IMG/VR virus record: IMGVR_UViG_3300030390_002309
Coordinates: 1 to 64,000 of that record
Source: a virus
Length of the DNA: 64,000 nt
Strand: one strand, 5' to 3'
The translations under genes and the position numbers were made by a program. Within the stretch, counting starts at the first letter, position 1; each line of letters opens with the position of its first letter. The notes under the pieces are model-generated. The model was not told the DNA's origin. It saw only the letters and a list, made by a program, of their open reading frames with translations, and searched no databases. Positions 20,345-31,461 of the stretch are shown here, piece by piece.

Positions 20345-23119
20345 TTAAACTCTCGGTACATAATTATCAAAACTACACCCTGGTACATATTGATTTAAAA
20401 TATCTTGAGGACCTTTTGGCCATACCAATCCATATTTCCTTTTCTTCTTCCAGAAGTTACCAGACTTATAAACTCTTTTCCTTAAATACTGAATAGCATC
20501 ATACTGTCCTTTTAACTTCTTACTTAGATAAATATCTATCTCAGCCTTTAATTCAGTTCCTAATGCATACAATCCGGAATTATTTAATTCGTCTACTAAT
20601 GTCTGGAGTGATAATAAATATTCATATATTGATGTAAATTCTTCTACATTAGTAGATTTCATTATTGCATTATCTATTGAATCCATTTGATCATGAAATT
20701 GTGCAATTGCGTCTGCAATAAATGGAATGGCAGTATCTGCAGCATCTGCTGCTTGCTTAAATCCTTCTACATGATCATCTACTTCATTTAATATACAGGC
20801 CTGTAAATACCATTGGTCATCAACAAATCTCCATGGCGGTAAATCATATTCATCAGCCGGAACTTCTCCCATTAATGCATCTGTCAATATTAATGCGCCT
20901 GCTAGTGCTGCAACACCTATTGTAATAGGATTGGTTGCTAATGCACCTAATGTTGCTCCTAGGGTTGGTCCGGCAGCCGCAACTGTTACAGAAGGTAATA
21001 AACTTATTCCAGATGCTATTAAACTTGCTTCAAATGCAGCTACTCCTGCTGCTGCTGCTGCAACCCCAATTTGGCCAGCTAAATAAACTCCAGCTCCGGC
21101 TGCTACTATTGAACCAGCACCTAATCCTGCTTTTGCTCCTCCAGATGCCCATGCCATAAATTTGTCACGCTTAACCGTCTTCATCCATTTATATTTTTCA
21201 ACTAATCTTTTTTCTTGTGACTCACTTAATGAGGCTTTAATACCAACTCTTCTGCTACATACCTTAAACAACTTACCATCACTAGTTTTAGTTTTTATCT
21301 TATCCTTACCAAACCATGTCTTCTTTTTAACATACTTCCATGAACCATTTTTAGATATCATTATTCGATATAAAGGACTTTTAGGACCTAAATTCTTAAC
21401 AACATACTCTCCATAGTCTGCAGGAAGCGCATCAAACTGAGTTTTAATACTTACAATATTAGAAACAATTGATGGCCATAATTCAAAAATTTGTTCTTTA
21501 ACAGCATCTATCTGTTCCTGTTCAAGTGCCTGAGCAATTAAATCTTGATATTGTTTTTGTGGATAATATTTTATAGAACCTGCAGGCTCATAAGGTAATA
21601 GGTATTCAATACCAAATGGATCACCTCCGTTAGAGAAGTTATCTAAATATTCTCTATATTCTGCTTCATCTAATCCACTTCTTCCATCATCGTCAGCTTC
21701 TACAATATGAGGAAATGCATTCCATAATGGCTCAACTTTACGATACATGTCAGAATTTTTAATTGGATCTTGTACGTCATTTGTAAACGGTGTTCCTCCA
21801 TTAGGTTGTACTACTACAACTCCTCCGCCTTCTATTAATATTTGAATATAACCAGTTTCACTATAACGGCCTTGGCCAGGTTCATATTCACTCAAGTCAA
21901 TTTCTTGCATGTATGCATATAACTTCATAGTTCTGCCGGAAGTTACACGCTTCCAGTGACCATTAATCATCATACGTAAATTTAAAACAGCATCATCTGA
22001 TGCAATTGACGTGCCCATGCCTACCTCTTTGCCGACATAATCAGGAGAAGGCCAATCTGCAATAATCATCTTGCCTTCATGAATCTCTCTTAATCTTTCA
22101 CGATGTGTTTGTTTTTGAAATACTCGATCAAAATATTTATCTTCCGGATCTTCAATTACATATCTATCGGCTGGTAACTCGTTGCCATCTTCATCAACTG
22201 GATTACGGCCGTTAACAGCACGCATATTTTCAGGCTTGATATAATCTCCCGGATCTCTTACGAAAGGTTCCTTAGGTCTATATCCACTTCTAAATCTAAT
22301 AGATTGAGACCAATCACTATCACGTGTTGGCATTGATCGTGCACGAAACTCTTCTAATGCACTAACATCTCCGTCATCGTCGTCATCTAAATCCGCACCA
22401 TCATAATCTACCTCATCACTTGTCTCACCATCTAATAATAAATCAAACTTTTTAATTTGTTCGGAAGTTGCTTCTTGAATTATATCATAATTTGCACCAC
22501 GTTCAACTAACATTACTTCTAATGTTTTATATGTTGGTATAGGATATGCAGTGCCATTAAGAATAAAGAATACACAAAATGGGTTAAACTCATCATCTTC
22601 ATCATCGGATATATTTTGAGGACCTCTATTAATATATGCATCATGTATGTCTCCTAAATCAACATCTTGATTAACTAAAAACAATCCCGTCTCTTTAACT
22701 TCTGCTACCACTTCTATATCTTCTTCTTCAGAATCTTCAAAATATTCCCATTCTTCATCAATCAAGTCGTCTAATATATCTTCATCTACAGTAGGATATG
22801 ACTTCAATAAAGAATATTTTGCAAACTCATCTTTTTCAGTCGTTACATCTAATACATTTTTTCCGTTACGAATTGCTGGGTTACCTATTTTAGCTGACGT
22901 CGGCGCCTTTCCGTCTTTAAAAGCTTCAAACGCTTGTATATCTTTTGATGGAGGTCTTAATCTATCAACCGAATATAATATATCATCTGGATATTCATCT
23001 TTCATAATATCTAAGAGCATCTCATTCAAGTCTGGCTGAATACTCTCTTCTTTTGAAGATGCGGCAGTATATCTGTTATTCGCAATCTTTTCATTAGATT
23101 TATCTTTTTCACTTGCCAT
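20345..23119 (-). CDS. Acidic 924-aa protein with a long Ala/Gly hydrophobic segment; function unknown
   Basis: Long ORF within the baseplate operon; D/E-rich N-half; about 95-aa almost uncharged segment. Confidence 0.6.
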   Translation of the reverse strand: MASEKDKSNEKIANNRYTAASSKEESIQPDLNEMLLDIMKDEYPDDILYSVDRLRPPSKDIQAFEAFKDGKAPTSAKIGNPAIRNGKNVLDVTTEKDEFAKYSLLKSYPTVDEDILDDLIDEEWEYFEDSEEEDIEVVAEVKETGLFLVNQDVDLGDIHDAYINRGPQNISDDEDDEFNPFCVFFILNGTAYPIPTYKTLEVMLVERGANYDIIQEATSEQIKKFDLLLDGETSDEVDYDGADLDDDDDGDVSALEEFRARSMPTRDSDWSQSIRFRSGYRPKEPFVRDPGDYIKPENMRAVNGRNPVDEDGNELPADRYVIEDPEDKYFDRVFQKQTHRERLREIHEGKMIIADWPSPDYVGKEVGMGTSIASDDAVLNLRMMINGHWKRVTSGRTMKLYAYMQEIDLSEYEPGQGRYSETGYIQILIEGGGVVVVQPNGGTPFTNDVQDPIKNSDMYRKVEPLWNAFPHIVEADDDGRSGLDEAEYREYLDNFSNGGDPFGIEYLLPYEPAGSIKYYPQKQYQDLIAQALEQEQIDAVKEQIFELWPSIVSNIVSIKTQFDALPADYGEYVVKNLGPKSPLYRIMISKNGSWKYVKKKTWFGKDKIKTKTSDGKLFKVCSRRVGIKASLSESQEKRLVEKYKWMKTVKRDKFMAWASGGAKAGLGAGSIVAAGAGVYLAGQIGVAAAAAGVAAFEASLIASGISLLPSVTVAAAGPTLGATLGALATNPITIGVAALAGALILTDALMGEVPADEYDLPPWRFVDDQWYLQACILNEVDDHVEGFKQAADAADTAIPFIADAIAQFHDQMDSIDNAIMKSTNVEEFTSIYEYLLSLQTLVDELNNSGLYALGTELKAEIDIYLSKKLKGQYDAIQYLRKRVYKSGNFWKKKRKYGLVWPKGPQDILNQYVPGCSFDNYVPRV

Positions 23120-23120
23120 A

Positions 23121-24278
23121 TTAGTTCACTACCTTAAAGTAAAAGTCATCAAATGTTTGTACATCATATGCCCTTCTACATGTTAACTTTATTTTATAAT
23201 ACCTTTCCGGCATAAATGAATCCATTCTTAAATTAAAGAAATTTCCATCACCGTCATTACTTATTTTTGTTGTACTATTTGAAAATATTTTTTCATCTTT
23301 TATAATAACATCATTTGTTACTGAATCAATTATTTCATATGAACTTGATATAGGCAGGATATCTTCTGTTATAAAAAATGATGATGTTGCATATGACTTA
23401 ACAGGAAATTCAGGACGAACTCCTAATCTAAATCGAGCTTCTTCTGTTGTTCTATATTCTGATTTGATATTTTTAATATAAGGAATATATGTGTTAGCTA
23501 AAATTCCTGTAGTCGATGTTATACTCTGATCATCCCAGCATACTTCTAATTTTGGAACAAATATTGTATGAGACTCTCTACCAAAAAACTTTATAGACCC
23601 GCCTAAATCTCCGTTTATTTCATCGGAATAAGGTCTTTTAATAATGAAACCATTGTTAGATATATTAGAATTTACCCATTGCTTCACTACGTCAGTAACA
23701 TCTATTCTAATATCAGGTGATTGGTTTTGGAATGATTGAGAAGCCTCATACCCTGATCCTGTAATCCATGTTCCTCCTCCTAATTCGTTACTTGTGCCTG
23801 CTGAAGTATTTTCACTATGTGCATCACTAACGTTCCAAGCTATACCACTTTGTGCAACAGCATCACCAGATCTATTAAACCAAGATGCGCCAACTTTTGT
23901 TGGAGGAGTATCACTATCATATCCAGCACCATTATCCCATGACTCTGATATAGGATATGCTTTAATTGTATAGGATTGTAATAAATCGGACGCATCCGAA
24001 GCATGTAAATTTAAGAATACAGAGCCTGATGATATATGACCTGTATCCAATGATGGTATTTTACCGTCAGTAATTGATTGTCCTAAACTAGTTATTTCAG
24101 TACCAAAATCAAGTAAAATTCTACTATTATATGTATTAGCATCTATTAAGCCAGTCTTACTATTTACCGACCCAGATGTTATTTTTTCTAGCTCTAATAT
24201 TTCATCAATACCTGTATTACGTTCTGGGTATTGTTCGTATATTGTAGTATCTCTTTCTGCGTAATATATTCTATTCAT
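23121..24278 (-). CDS. Structural protein, DNRLRE/CBM96-like domain
   Basis: DTTIYE.YP..NTG, SRILLDF, IDVTDVVKQW..NNGFIIK, PKLEVCW pattern. Confidence 0.5.
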   Translation of the reverse strand: MNRIYYAERDTTIYEQYPERNTGIDEILELEKITSGSVNSKTGLIDANTYNSRILLDFGTEITSLGQSITDGKIPSLDTGHISSGSVFLNLHASDASDLLQSYTIKAYPISESWDNGAGYDSDTPPTKVGASWFNRSGDAVAQSGIAWNVSDAHSENTSAGTSNELGGGTWITGSGYEASQSFQNQSPDIRIDVTDVVKQWVNSNISNNGFIIKRPYSDEINGDLGGSIKFFGRESHTIFVPKLEVCWDDQSITSTTGILANTYIPYIKNIKSEYRTTEEARFRLGVRPEFPVKSYATSSFFITEDILPISSSYEIIDSVTNDVIIKDEKIFSNSTTKISNDGDGNFFNLRMDSFMPERYYKIKLTCRRAYDVQTFDDFYFKVVN

Positions 24279-24287
24279 AATTTATCC

Positions 24288-26147
24288 CTATGGCTTAACC
24301 ACTTTTCCTTTAATATCTGCATTAGGATATTTTATTTCAAATATACTAGGATCTAATGACGGATATAAAATATTATTTTTTATTGCACTATTAATATCAT
24401 ATTGATTTCCGGAATAACCTTTACTTGTAGAATGAAGATTTATAAACTCAAAAAGCGGAACACTTTGTACCCCATCTAACCCATCTAAGTCAGAGATGAT
24501 AGATGAAATATTTAATGGACCGTTGATTTGCATTCTATCATTTGATAATAATGTTTTTAGTCTATCAATACACTTCAACACAACCTCATTAGAATTAATA
24601 TTAGGACTAGGAATTACTTCAAAGTTAACACCTAAGTTAATAATAAATGCTGTTTTAATATTAAGTGCATCTGTTAACATTCTATATTGTGATAAATAAG
24701 TTCTTAAATTTTCTAATAACGCCTGATTACCATCTGTAAAATTATTATTTGCATCTTGTGCTAAAATATATAAATTTAACGCATATGGATTTGATATAGT
24801 TTCTGCAGGATATGTTTTATCTGCCGTATTAATCTGTGTATCGCCTATCACATATGCCTTTCCTACAGTACCAAATCTAGATGGCATAGAATATACTCTT
24901 GAAATATAATCTTCTCTTGTAATTGCTCTATTTTGTGCTGCAAACGCTGCCATTGCATTTTGTCGAATTGAATCTAAGTCTTGTCTAGATCTAGCTCCAA
25001 CTGCAGGTTCATTATTTATAACTGCTAAAGATGCCTTAGTTGCTGTTAAATCTACTAATCCTGTTTCGTTTAAATACGCTGCACTATTTACATTTATAAT
25101 AGAACTGATGCCTACATTTTCTTCTAATTTTCCACCATATGAATATCTAATAGTCAATATTGTATTTGATGGAGCAATGCCATATGTACTAGTATATAAA
25201 AAGTTTGTAGGATCAATATTTGATGTTGTAGTACGTCTTAGATATTCTAAACCATGTCCTACATTTTTAGGATTAGGTATAATCTCTTCATCTGCATCAG
25301 AAGACACTCCTGATCCAAATAATAACTCAACACGATTATCATCACGCAATCTAGATACAAATCTTCTAGCTGTTTTTCGTAATTTTAATATATATGGAAC
25401 TGTTGATCTATATTGTGATAGATCAGGATCATTAAATGGTATATTAGCAATATCTTCAAAAATTGTATCTTGTGCTAAATAATCTGTTTCATGCCACTTG
25501 TTACCAGCACTATCAGTACAACTAATAACATCTATCAAGTTTGTATCTGGCAAGACAATTTTATCATATGGCTTAGGATCTGAAAAGCTAAATGTTGTTG
25601 ATTTGATAGTTCCAGAAATAACTTTAACTTGTTTTTTCAATAAATAACGAACAACATTACCTGCACCATCTATCTCATATACTGATATATCTGGGCTTTG
25701 TGAAAAATCTATAGATTCTTCTGTATGAAATATAATACCCGTATCTGTTGATACTTCCATTCCGCTTGCAATCGTCAATGCATATGCCATATCAGGTGCA
25801 GCCGATGTACCTGTACCAATTGCTGGCACTAGATGAAATACATCTAATGTACATGTTGCTGGAGCATTTAATCTTGGCTTATAACCAAATAATTGTGATA
25901 ACATCAATACATTAGATGATTCTTCTGCTGTCGATAACAAAGATTCTTTAAAAGAATTATCGGTATAGTATGATAATACATCTCCTACGTAAGAAGACAT
26001 TTCCATAAACATCATACCAGGTGATGATTCATTAAAATCTTGATATGTATCTGGAAAATAATTCTTTGCAAAGTTTATTAAATTTTGTCTAAACTGAGCA
26101 AAATCTTTATTTAAGTATTTTACATCTTTCTTAATTAAGTCTGCCAT
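24288..26147 (-). CDS. Baseplate wedge protein (T4 gp6 / baseplate J-like)
   Basis: KDFAQFRQNLINF, DFNESSPG, QNRAITREDY motifs. Confidence 0.85.
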   Translation of the reverse strand: MADLIKKDVKYLNKDFAQFRQNLINFAKNYFPDTYQDFNESSPGMMFMEMSSYVGDVLSYYTDNSFKESLLSTAEESSNVLMLSQLFGYKPRLNAPATCTLDVFHLVPAIGTGTSAAPDMAYALTIASGMEVSTDTGIIFHTEESIDFSQSPDISVYEIDGAGNVVRYLLKKQVKVISGTIKSTTFSFSDPKPYDKIVLPDTNLIDVISCTDSAGNKWHETDYLAQDTIFEDIANIPFNDPDLSQYRSTVPYILKLRKTARRFVSRLRDDNRVELLFGSGVSSDADEEIIPNPKNVGHGLEYLRRTTTSNIDPTNFLYTSTYGIAPSNTILTIRYSYGGKLEENVGISSIINVNSAAYLNETGLVDLTATKASLAVINNEPAVGARSRQDLDSIRQNAMAAFAAQNRAITREDYISRVYSMPSRFGTVGKAYVIGDTQINTADKTYPAETISNPYALNLYILAQDANNNFTDGNQALLENLRTYLSQYRMLTDALNIKTAFIINLGVNFEVIPSPNINSNEVVLKCIDRLKTLLSNDRMQINGPLNISSIISDLDGLDGVQSVPLFEFINLHSTSKGYSGNQYDINSAIKNNILYPSLDPSIFEIKYPNADIKGKVVKP

Positions 26148-26172
26148 ATCTTTAACCTATCTCTTTAGTTCT

Positions 26173-26736
26173 TTAATAAGACCCTCCCAGGCCTGTGTTA
26201 AAAGCTGTATCACTTCCGAATGTCCCAACTTGTTCTAATCTATCGCCTTGTTCTACAGATTCAATTTGAAGTGCATTTTCATTTGCTAACACATTAATAA
26301 CAACATTTGCTCCTATAGTATCAATTCTAAAAGTTAACTTGATTCCTATTGTATGCATATCATCGGATGATTTTAGAACAACTTCTTTTAATTGCACATA
26401 TGGTAACCAATATTGAACGTCTTGTTCAATAGTCTCTTGTAATAAACTTTTCATATCATCTGTATTGTTTTCAAATAATATTGATTGTATATTAGTACCA
26501 AAATTTGGTTGCATATATCGTTCGCCTTTTGCAGTTAGAATAAGATTTTTAAGATTTGATACAACAGCTTCTTGAGTAGAATAAGATGATTCAAATACAC
26601 CTTTACCAGAATGATTAGTACTATTATACGCGGCCGATACTGACTTACCTTTTGCATCTTTATTAAAAGGTAGTAATATGCCTAATGCACTATCACTATC
26701 TTCAATTGGCTTATATTGGTATATCGGACGTGCCAT
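26173..26736 (-). CDS. gp25-like baseplate wedge / sheath initiator
   Basis: NLKNLILTAKGERYMQPNFG motif; adjacent to the gp6-like gene. Confidence 0.85.
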   Translation of the reverse strand: MARPIYQYKPIEDSDSALGILLPFNKDAKGKSVSAAYNSTNHSGKGVFESSYSTQEAVVSNLKNLILTAKGERYMQPNFGTNIQSILFENNTDDMKSLLQETIEQDVQYWLPYVQLKEVVLKSSDDMHTIGIKLTFRIDTIGANVVINVLANENALQIESVEQGDRLEQVGTFGSDTAFNTGLGGSY

Positions 26737-26739
26737 TTA

Positions 26740-27177
26740 TTATATTCCTTTTTTCTTATCTATTGCTTTCATTAAAGCTGAATAATCTTTTGTCATTGCT
26801 GATACTGTAGATGCAACCGCTTCATTACTCATATCAACCGATTCTCCATTAATTCCTTTTGTTGCTAACGGAGTATCAGATGTTTGCATTCCAAATGCCT
26901 CAGCCATATCTGATCTAAAATTTACTGAATTCCATTCTCCTGGCGGTGTTGCTGCCGTTTCATTTAAAATATCATTCAATGCAGTATTTTTTGTATACTG
27001 TTTTTTCATAACTGGTTTTGTTTTTGTGTTAGGGACATCTGCTATCTCTTGAAGATTGGTATTATGTTTATTAATATTCACTTCATTTAAGATAGGCTTT
27101 AGTTCTTTAACAATAACGTTACGAACTTCCTCCCTAATTACCTTACGTAATAACTTTACGAATCCTTGTGCTTTCAT
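26740..27177 (-). CDS. Hypothetical late protein (possible internal head protein)
   Basis: N-terminal LLRKVIREEV motif; late-type motif at 27194. Confidence 0.5.
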   Translation of the reverse strand: MKAQGFVKLLRKVIREEVRNVIVKELKPILNEVNINKHNTNLQEIADVPNTKTKPVMKKQYTKNTALNDILNETAATPPGEWNSVNFRSDMAEAFGMQTSDTPLATKGINGESVDMSNEAVASTVSAMTKDYSALMKAIDKKKGI

Positions 27178-27220
27178 TGTAATTCCCTTTTTAATAAATA
27201 TGGATTAGACCAACAATTGG

Positions 27221-27502
27221 TTATATAACACGGCCTGTTCCAGTCGAACTAGTTGCACCTGCACCTGCACCTCCTTGATTAGTTGCGGTACCTGCAGTTG
27301 CAACCACCGTAGCTACTAATTGACCTGGGTCTGTAACTACTAGTCCCGATTTTATATATTTGTCAATTGCTATCGATAAATCATTTGCAATCCTTTCAAT
27401 TGCTGCATCTTGGTCACCAGTATTCTTTTTCTGTGCTTCAAATGCCATTTTAATATCTTTAAATAATACTATTCTTTTTAATCCTGTTCCTGCTGTACTC
27501 AT
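27221..27502 (-). CDS. Small baseplate-associated protein
   Basis: Follows the spike-like gene; G/A/T-rich C-terminus. Confidence 0.4.
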   Translation of the reverse strand: MSTAGTGLKRIVLFKDIKMAFEAQKKNTGDQDAAIERIANDLSIAIDKYIKSGLVVTDPGQLVATVVATAGTATNQGGAGAGATSSTGTGRVI

Positions 27503-27520
27503 AAGCTTGCTCCTTTATTC

Positions 27521-28531
27521 TTATTGTTTCATTTTCTTTAATGCTGTTTGTATTTTTTGTAATTCTGGTAATGCTGAACTAGGTCCTGTTGGGCCGGCAG
27601 GAGTAGAATATGGTTTAGCTCCTTGTGCTTGCTCGACACAAACAGTAATAAATGCTTCCATTTGAGTAAAGAATTCATCCATATCTGTTTGCCATTTAGG
27701 AGTAGCTATTTTAACATCCTTTTTAGATACTAATAATAATTCATCTTTTCGTGCATCAAATACTAATCTGTCAGATCCAATTATTACTTGAGATGTTTTA
27801 TAATCTTTTAAAGTTTTTACATTTTTACCAACTTTCTTTTGAGAAAACTTTAATGTCTCAAAGTATTGAGTAGATGTAAGATATATAAAAGCTGCATCTT
27901 TTTTAGGATCTTCTATTACATAATATTTATCTAAACTACCTCCTTCTGTCGATTGTTTAACTCCGCATGTTAAAGAAACAAACGGGTCGCCAGGCTTTTC
28001 ACCTTTCCAAAAAGGTTTATTTTGATATTTATCTAACTTACCTTGATCATGTGTTGACGAAAATCGTAACAAACTTCCAAATCGATCTGGATAATTTGTA
28101 TCACCTTGAAATGGCTGAATATATACAATATCCTTTTCTGTAAAACTGAGTTGTTCTGGTCTCTTACCTACACCGGTTTTTACAATAGGATCGGTACCTG
28201 TTGCTGGACCAAGTACTGTCGCATCTTGTATAAATGGTAGAAGTGCATTATTAACATTTCCATGAGTATTAAGTATCTGTGTATAATACCATTGATTTTG
28301 ACTACGAACTTCTGACGTACCTGCAGGTATATTAATACAGAATACCTGCTCCCCGTATAATGGTATAGGCATTCTATTAGGATCGGAAGGAAATGCATAT
28401 ACTTCTTCGCCTACAAATCGTACACGAATAGTGCCCGGAGGCATATCATTGCCTTGAAGGTCTTTAGTCTTTTTGAATTGGGTCGGTAACCATGTCTCTA
28501 TTACCTGGCCTACTTCCGATAGTGGTTGCAT
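27521..28531 (-). CDS. Putative baseplate hub/spike protein (gp5/gpV-like)
   Basis: N-terminal GTIRVRF...IPLYGEQV OB-fold-like pattern; C-terminal STPAGPTGP. Confidence 0.55.
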   Translation of the reverse strand: MQPLSEVGQVIETWLPTQFKKTKDLQGNDMPPGTIRVRFVGEEVYAFPSDPNRMPIPLYGEQVFCINIPAGTSEVRSQNQWYYTQILNTHGNVNNALLPFIQDATVLGPATGTDPIVKTGVGKRPEQLSFTEKDIVYIQPFQGDTNYPDRFGSLLRFSSTHDQGKLDKYQNKPFWKGEKPGDPFVSLTCGVKQSTEGGSLDKYYVIEDPKKDAAFIYLTSTQYFETLKFSQKKVGKNVKTLKDYKTSQVIIGSDRLVFDARKDELLLVSKKDVKIATPKWQTDMDEFFTQMEAFITVCVEQAQGAKPYSTPAGPTGPSSALPELQKIQTALKKMKQ

Positions 28532-28892
28532 CTGGTGCCTCTGTTTGTGGTTTTAACTTTTCAATTTCAGCTTCTGCTTCTTCTAATAAACGTGCTCTTT
28601 CCTCATCTGTTAAGCCGTATTCATTACCTTCATCATCTTTACCAGATGCAGATACTAAACGTTGGCATACAGCTGCTAACTTAACTAATGCATCGTCATT
28701 CTTAACAGAAACTTCTAAATAGTCTTTTATCATAGGAACAATGACAGTTGCATCGCCAGTATTCTTAATCATAGGCTCAAGGCTTTTAATTAATGTATCA
28801 ATTTGTCTAGATTTCTTTTTTGAATTGTGATAAATGTCTTTCATCAAATCAGAAAAATTAGTTCCTTTAAAAAGTTCGAATTCTGTACTCAT
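28464..28892 (-). CDS. Hypothetical protein
   Basis: ORF with late-type motif at 28910. Confidence 0.55.
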   Translation of the reverse strand: MSTEFELFKGTNFSDLMKDIYHNSKKKSRQIDTLIKSLEPMIKNTGDATVIVPMIKDYLEVSVKNDDALVKLAAVCQRLVSASGKDDEGNEYGLTDEERARLLEEAEAEIEKLKPQTEAPDATTIGSRPGNRDMVTDPIQKD

Positions 28893-28936
28893 ATTATAGT
28901 CCCTTTATTATAAATATAAAGGACTACTAATTTAGA

Positions 28937-29752
28937 TTAGGATATCTTGTTTGCATTAACAATAAACCCAGATTTAGAATATACACCATACATCTTAGCA
29001 TAATCTCTTTTCATAACATTAATAACTTTGGTAATATTCTGAGTTTTAAGACCTGTTCTTTCTCTTATCAATATATACAATGCCTTTTTATTAAAGTTTT
29101 CTATATTATCACGCATTCTAAATAATTCCAATATTGTATCTGCTACAATAATGTCTCGTTTATTTGAAAAGATATAATTAAGATTTTCATCATACCATTC
29201 ACACCATTGATTGGTAAAATCTCTTAAAGATTCTTGATGTTCATTAAGTGTTATCTCACCTTGAATATTTCTATTTTCATCAACTGCCGTTAAATCCGAA
29301 CGTTGTTTTAGTTTAGCATAATTAGCATTATTTTGAATAATGAGATAATTTTTAGCTACAATAGAAAAATAAGAAAATGCCTTACCCTTTCCTTCTTTAA
29401 ATTTACCTATTTTTTCTGTTAAGAATGCAACTACTTCAGCTTTAATGTCTTCATAAGGAACATCGAAATAACTAAATCTAAATGTATAATATATATTCTC
29501 TACTAACTTGTTAAATGGGTAATTAATATACTCACGAAATACTTTATTTCTTTTTGCAAACGAAGGTTCAAAATTATATGCAATAATTGCTTGGTCTGTT
29601 ATATAAGTAAAATATTGTTTTTTACTAGGCTTTCTCCCTCTACGCTTTTTAGGACCATTTTCCTCGAGGTCTTTCATTTCTGCTGCATGCCATATGTAGA
29701 ACTTATCTACTGCACTTAAATCTTCTCCTTCTACTTTATCAAGTATATCCAT
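28937..29752 (-). CDS. Phage sigma factor (T4 gp55-like, late transcription)
   Basis: KQYFT, KIGKFKEGKGKAFSYFSIVAKN resemble sigma region 2 of gp55-like proteins. Confidence 0.65.
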   Translation of the reverse strand: MDILDKVEGEDLSAVDKFYIWHAAEMKDLEENGPKKRRGRKPSKKQYFTYITDQAIIAYNFEPSFAKRNKVFREYINYPFNKLVENIYYTFRFSYFDVPYEDIKAEVVAFLTEKIGKFKEGKGKAFSYFSIVAKNYLIIQNNANYAKLKQRSDLTAVDENRNIQGEITLNEHQESLRDFTNQWCEWYDENLNYIFSNKRDIIVADTILELFRMRDNIENFNKKALYILIRERTGLKTQNITKVINVMKRDYAKMYGVYSKSGFIVNANKIS

Positions 29753-30033
29753 TAAAATCCTTTATTTAATTCATCATATATATCACGTAATTCTTTAAAA
29801 GCAAATCCCGTCTCATCATCTGCTTCAAATGACCCTACTCTATCAATTTGTTTTAATTGAGAATTTGATTGTCCTACTCGAGTCTTTAAACTTTGAAAAA
29901 AAGTATAATACTCAGTATTGGAATTTTCTAACTCTTCAATATACTCAGATTGAGATTCTTGTTTACGTAATTGATTGATATTAACACCTATTGATATTGC
30001 TAATAAAATTGATAATATTATAATTGTTGTCAT
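29752..30033 (-). CDS. Hypothetical membrane-anchored coiled-coil protein
   Basis: Start MTTIIILSILLAISIG (30033) avoids overlap with the upstream gene; N-terminal TM helix. Confidence 0.55.
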   Translation of the reverse strand: MTTIIILSILLAISIGVNINQLRKQESQSEYIEELENSNTEYYTFFQSLKTRVGQSNSQLKQIDRVGSFEADDETGFAFKELRDIYDELNKGF

Positions 30034-30034
30034 A

Positions 30035-30796
30035 TTATTTTTCTCCAAATAAATCTTTAAACATTTCTTTTGCATTTACATTATCTGTTGTATTCGATAA
30101 CGATCTTTTTGCAAATTGTTTTTTGACAGGTGCTGACTGATCTGGTCTTGTTTTATACCACATTTCAAATTCAATTCTAGCTGCCATCAAATCTGCTTGA
30201 TGCATAACATAGCCTAAGTTTGTTTTTAGTTTTGAATCTGCTGTCCTTGACATAAAATATGGTTTATTAGATTCATCAAACAGGCCATCTGTCAATTTAA
30301 TACCTATCATTTCGTTCCAAGTGATACTAATATTATAATGTTGCAATAACCATATTGATAGGTCATTTACGAGGCTAAAAGGGTTGTTAGGATTGACCTT
30401 ATACATCTTTCCTTGATTCTTTCTATGCCATTCTGAATCATTAGGAATATATACTTCATTGCCGTCTCCCGGAAATCCCATCTTACCTATATCATGATTC
30501 AATGCAACAAATATTAATTCTTCTTTTGTATATCCGTCCATATCCCCACCCATTTCAGTCCATAATGAATGAACCTTTTCGGCACATCTAATAACTCTTA
30601 AAACATGGTCTACATATCCGCCTTCAAATGCATTATGATAATGATCAAAACTAGATGCAGGCTGTACAGACATTCTATCTTCTAGATCTGTATACATTGC
30701 TTTTAGTTTATCTTTTCTTTCGCCCACAAAATTATTATCAATAACTTTATTAAGGTCTTCCCAATTCTGTACTATTTGTTCTGCTGTTAATTTCAT
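30035..30796 (-). CDS. HD-domain phosphohydrolase (YhaM-like)
   Basis: PAS..HYHNAFEGGYVDH, HDIGK, HQAD motifs. Confidence 0.8.
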   Translation of the reverse strand: MKLTAEQIVQNWEDLNKVIDNNFVGERKDKLKAMYTDLEDRMSVQPASSFDHYHNAFEGGYVDHVLRVIRCAEKVHSLWTEMGGDMDGYTKEELIFVALNHDIGKMGFPGDGNEVYIPNDSEWHRKNQGKMYKVNPNNPFSLVNDLSIWLLQHYNISITWNEMIGIKLTDGLFDESNKPYFMSRTADSKLKTNLGYVMHQADLMAARIEFEMWYKTRPDQSAPVKKQFAKRSLSNTTDNVNAKEMFKDLFGEK

Positions 30797-30799
30797 ATT

Positions 30800-31408
30800 T
30801 TATATAATTTGATCTATTACTCCAATTTCTAATAATTCTTCTGATGTAAAAAACGAATCATTTCTCATTTTTTCTCTCCACCAATCTGCATCCTTCTTTG
30901 TTTTTTCTGCTAACATACTGTATATAAGAACTTCTAAACTTTTAATATTATCTAAGTAAGCTGTTATGTCGCTCATCTTACCTCCCATAAAGCTAGATGA
31001 TTGATGGAACATTACGGTTGAACGCTTACTCATCATCCTATTACCAGTACCACATGCTAATATAACTGCTGCAGCACTCATGGCTCTACCTCTACATATA
31101 GTATTTACTTTAACATCTAGAGATTCTATATAATCAATAATACCAAACATTTCATACACATCTCCACCTGGACTATTAATCATTAAATTAACTGGTACTG
31201 TTTTATCTTTTCTATGTTGTAAAAGACTTCTCATGCGAATAATAAAATCTGTCAATGTTGTATCATTAATTTCATCATTAATAAAGATTACAGAATCTTC
31301 ATAATCTAATAATGTTCCTAGTTGATTATGTAGTGCTTCATACAACTTACCTTGCGGCTCTTCAATAATCAAAGGCTCTTTAGGATCTTCTTCTTCGTAT
31401 ATACTCAT
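30800..31408 (-). CDS. clpP: ClpP-family ATP-dependent protease proteolytic subunit
   Basis: INSPGG, catalytic Ser in AMSAA, MFHQ, ND.FFT.EE..E.G.ID.I. Confidence 0.85.
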   Translation of the reverse strand: MSIYEEEDPKEPLIIEEPQGKLYEALHNQLGTLLDYEDSVIFINDEINDTTLTDFIIRMRSLLQHRKDKTVPVNLMINSPGGDVYEMFGIIDYIESLDVKVNTICRGRAMSAAAVILACGTGNRMMSKRSTVMFHQSSSFMGGKMSDITAYLDNIKSLEVLIYSMLAEKTKKDADWWREKMRNDSFFTSEELLEIGVIDQII

Positions 31409-31461
31409 ATCTTTTTTTTATTTATACTTAATATAATAAAAAATTATCGTACGTCCAAAGA

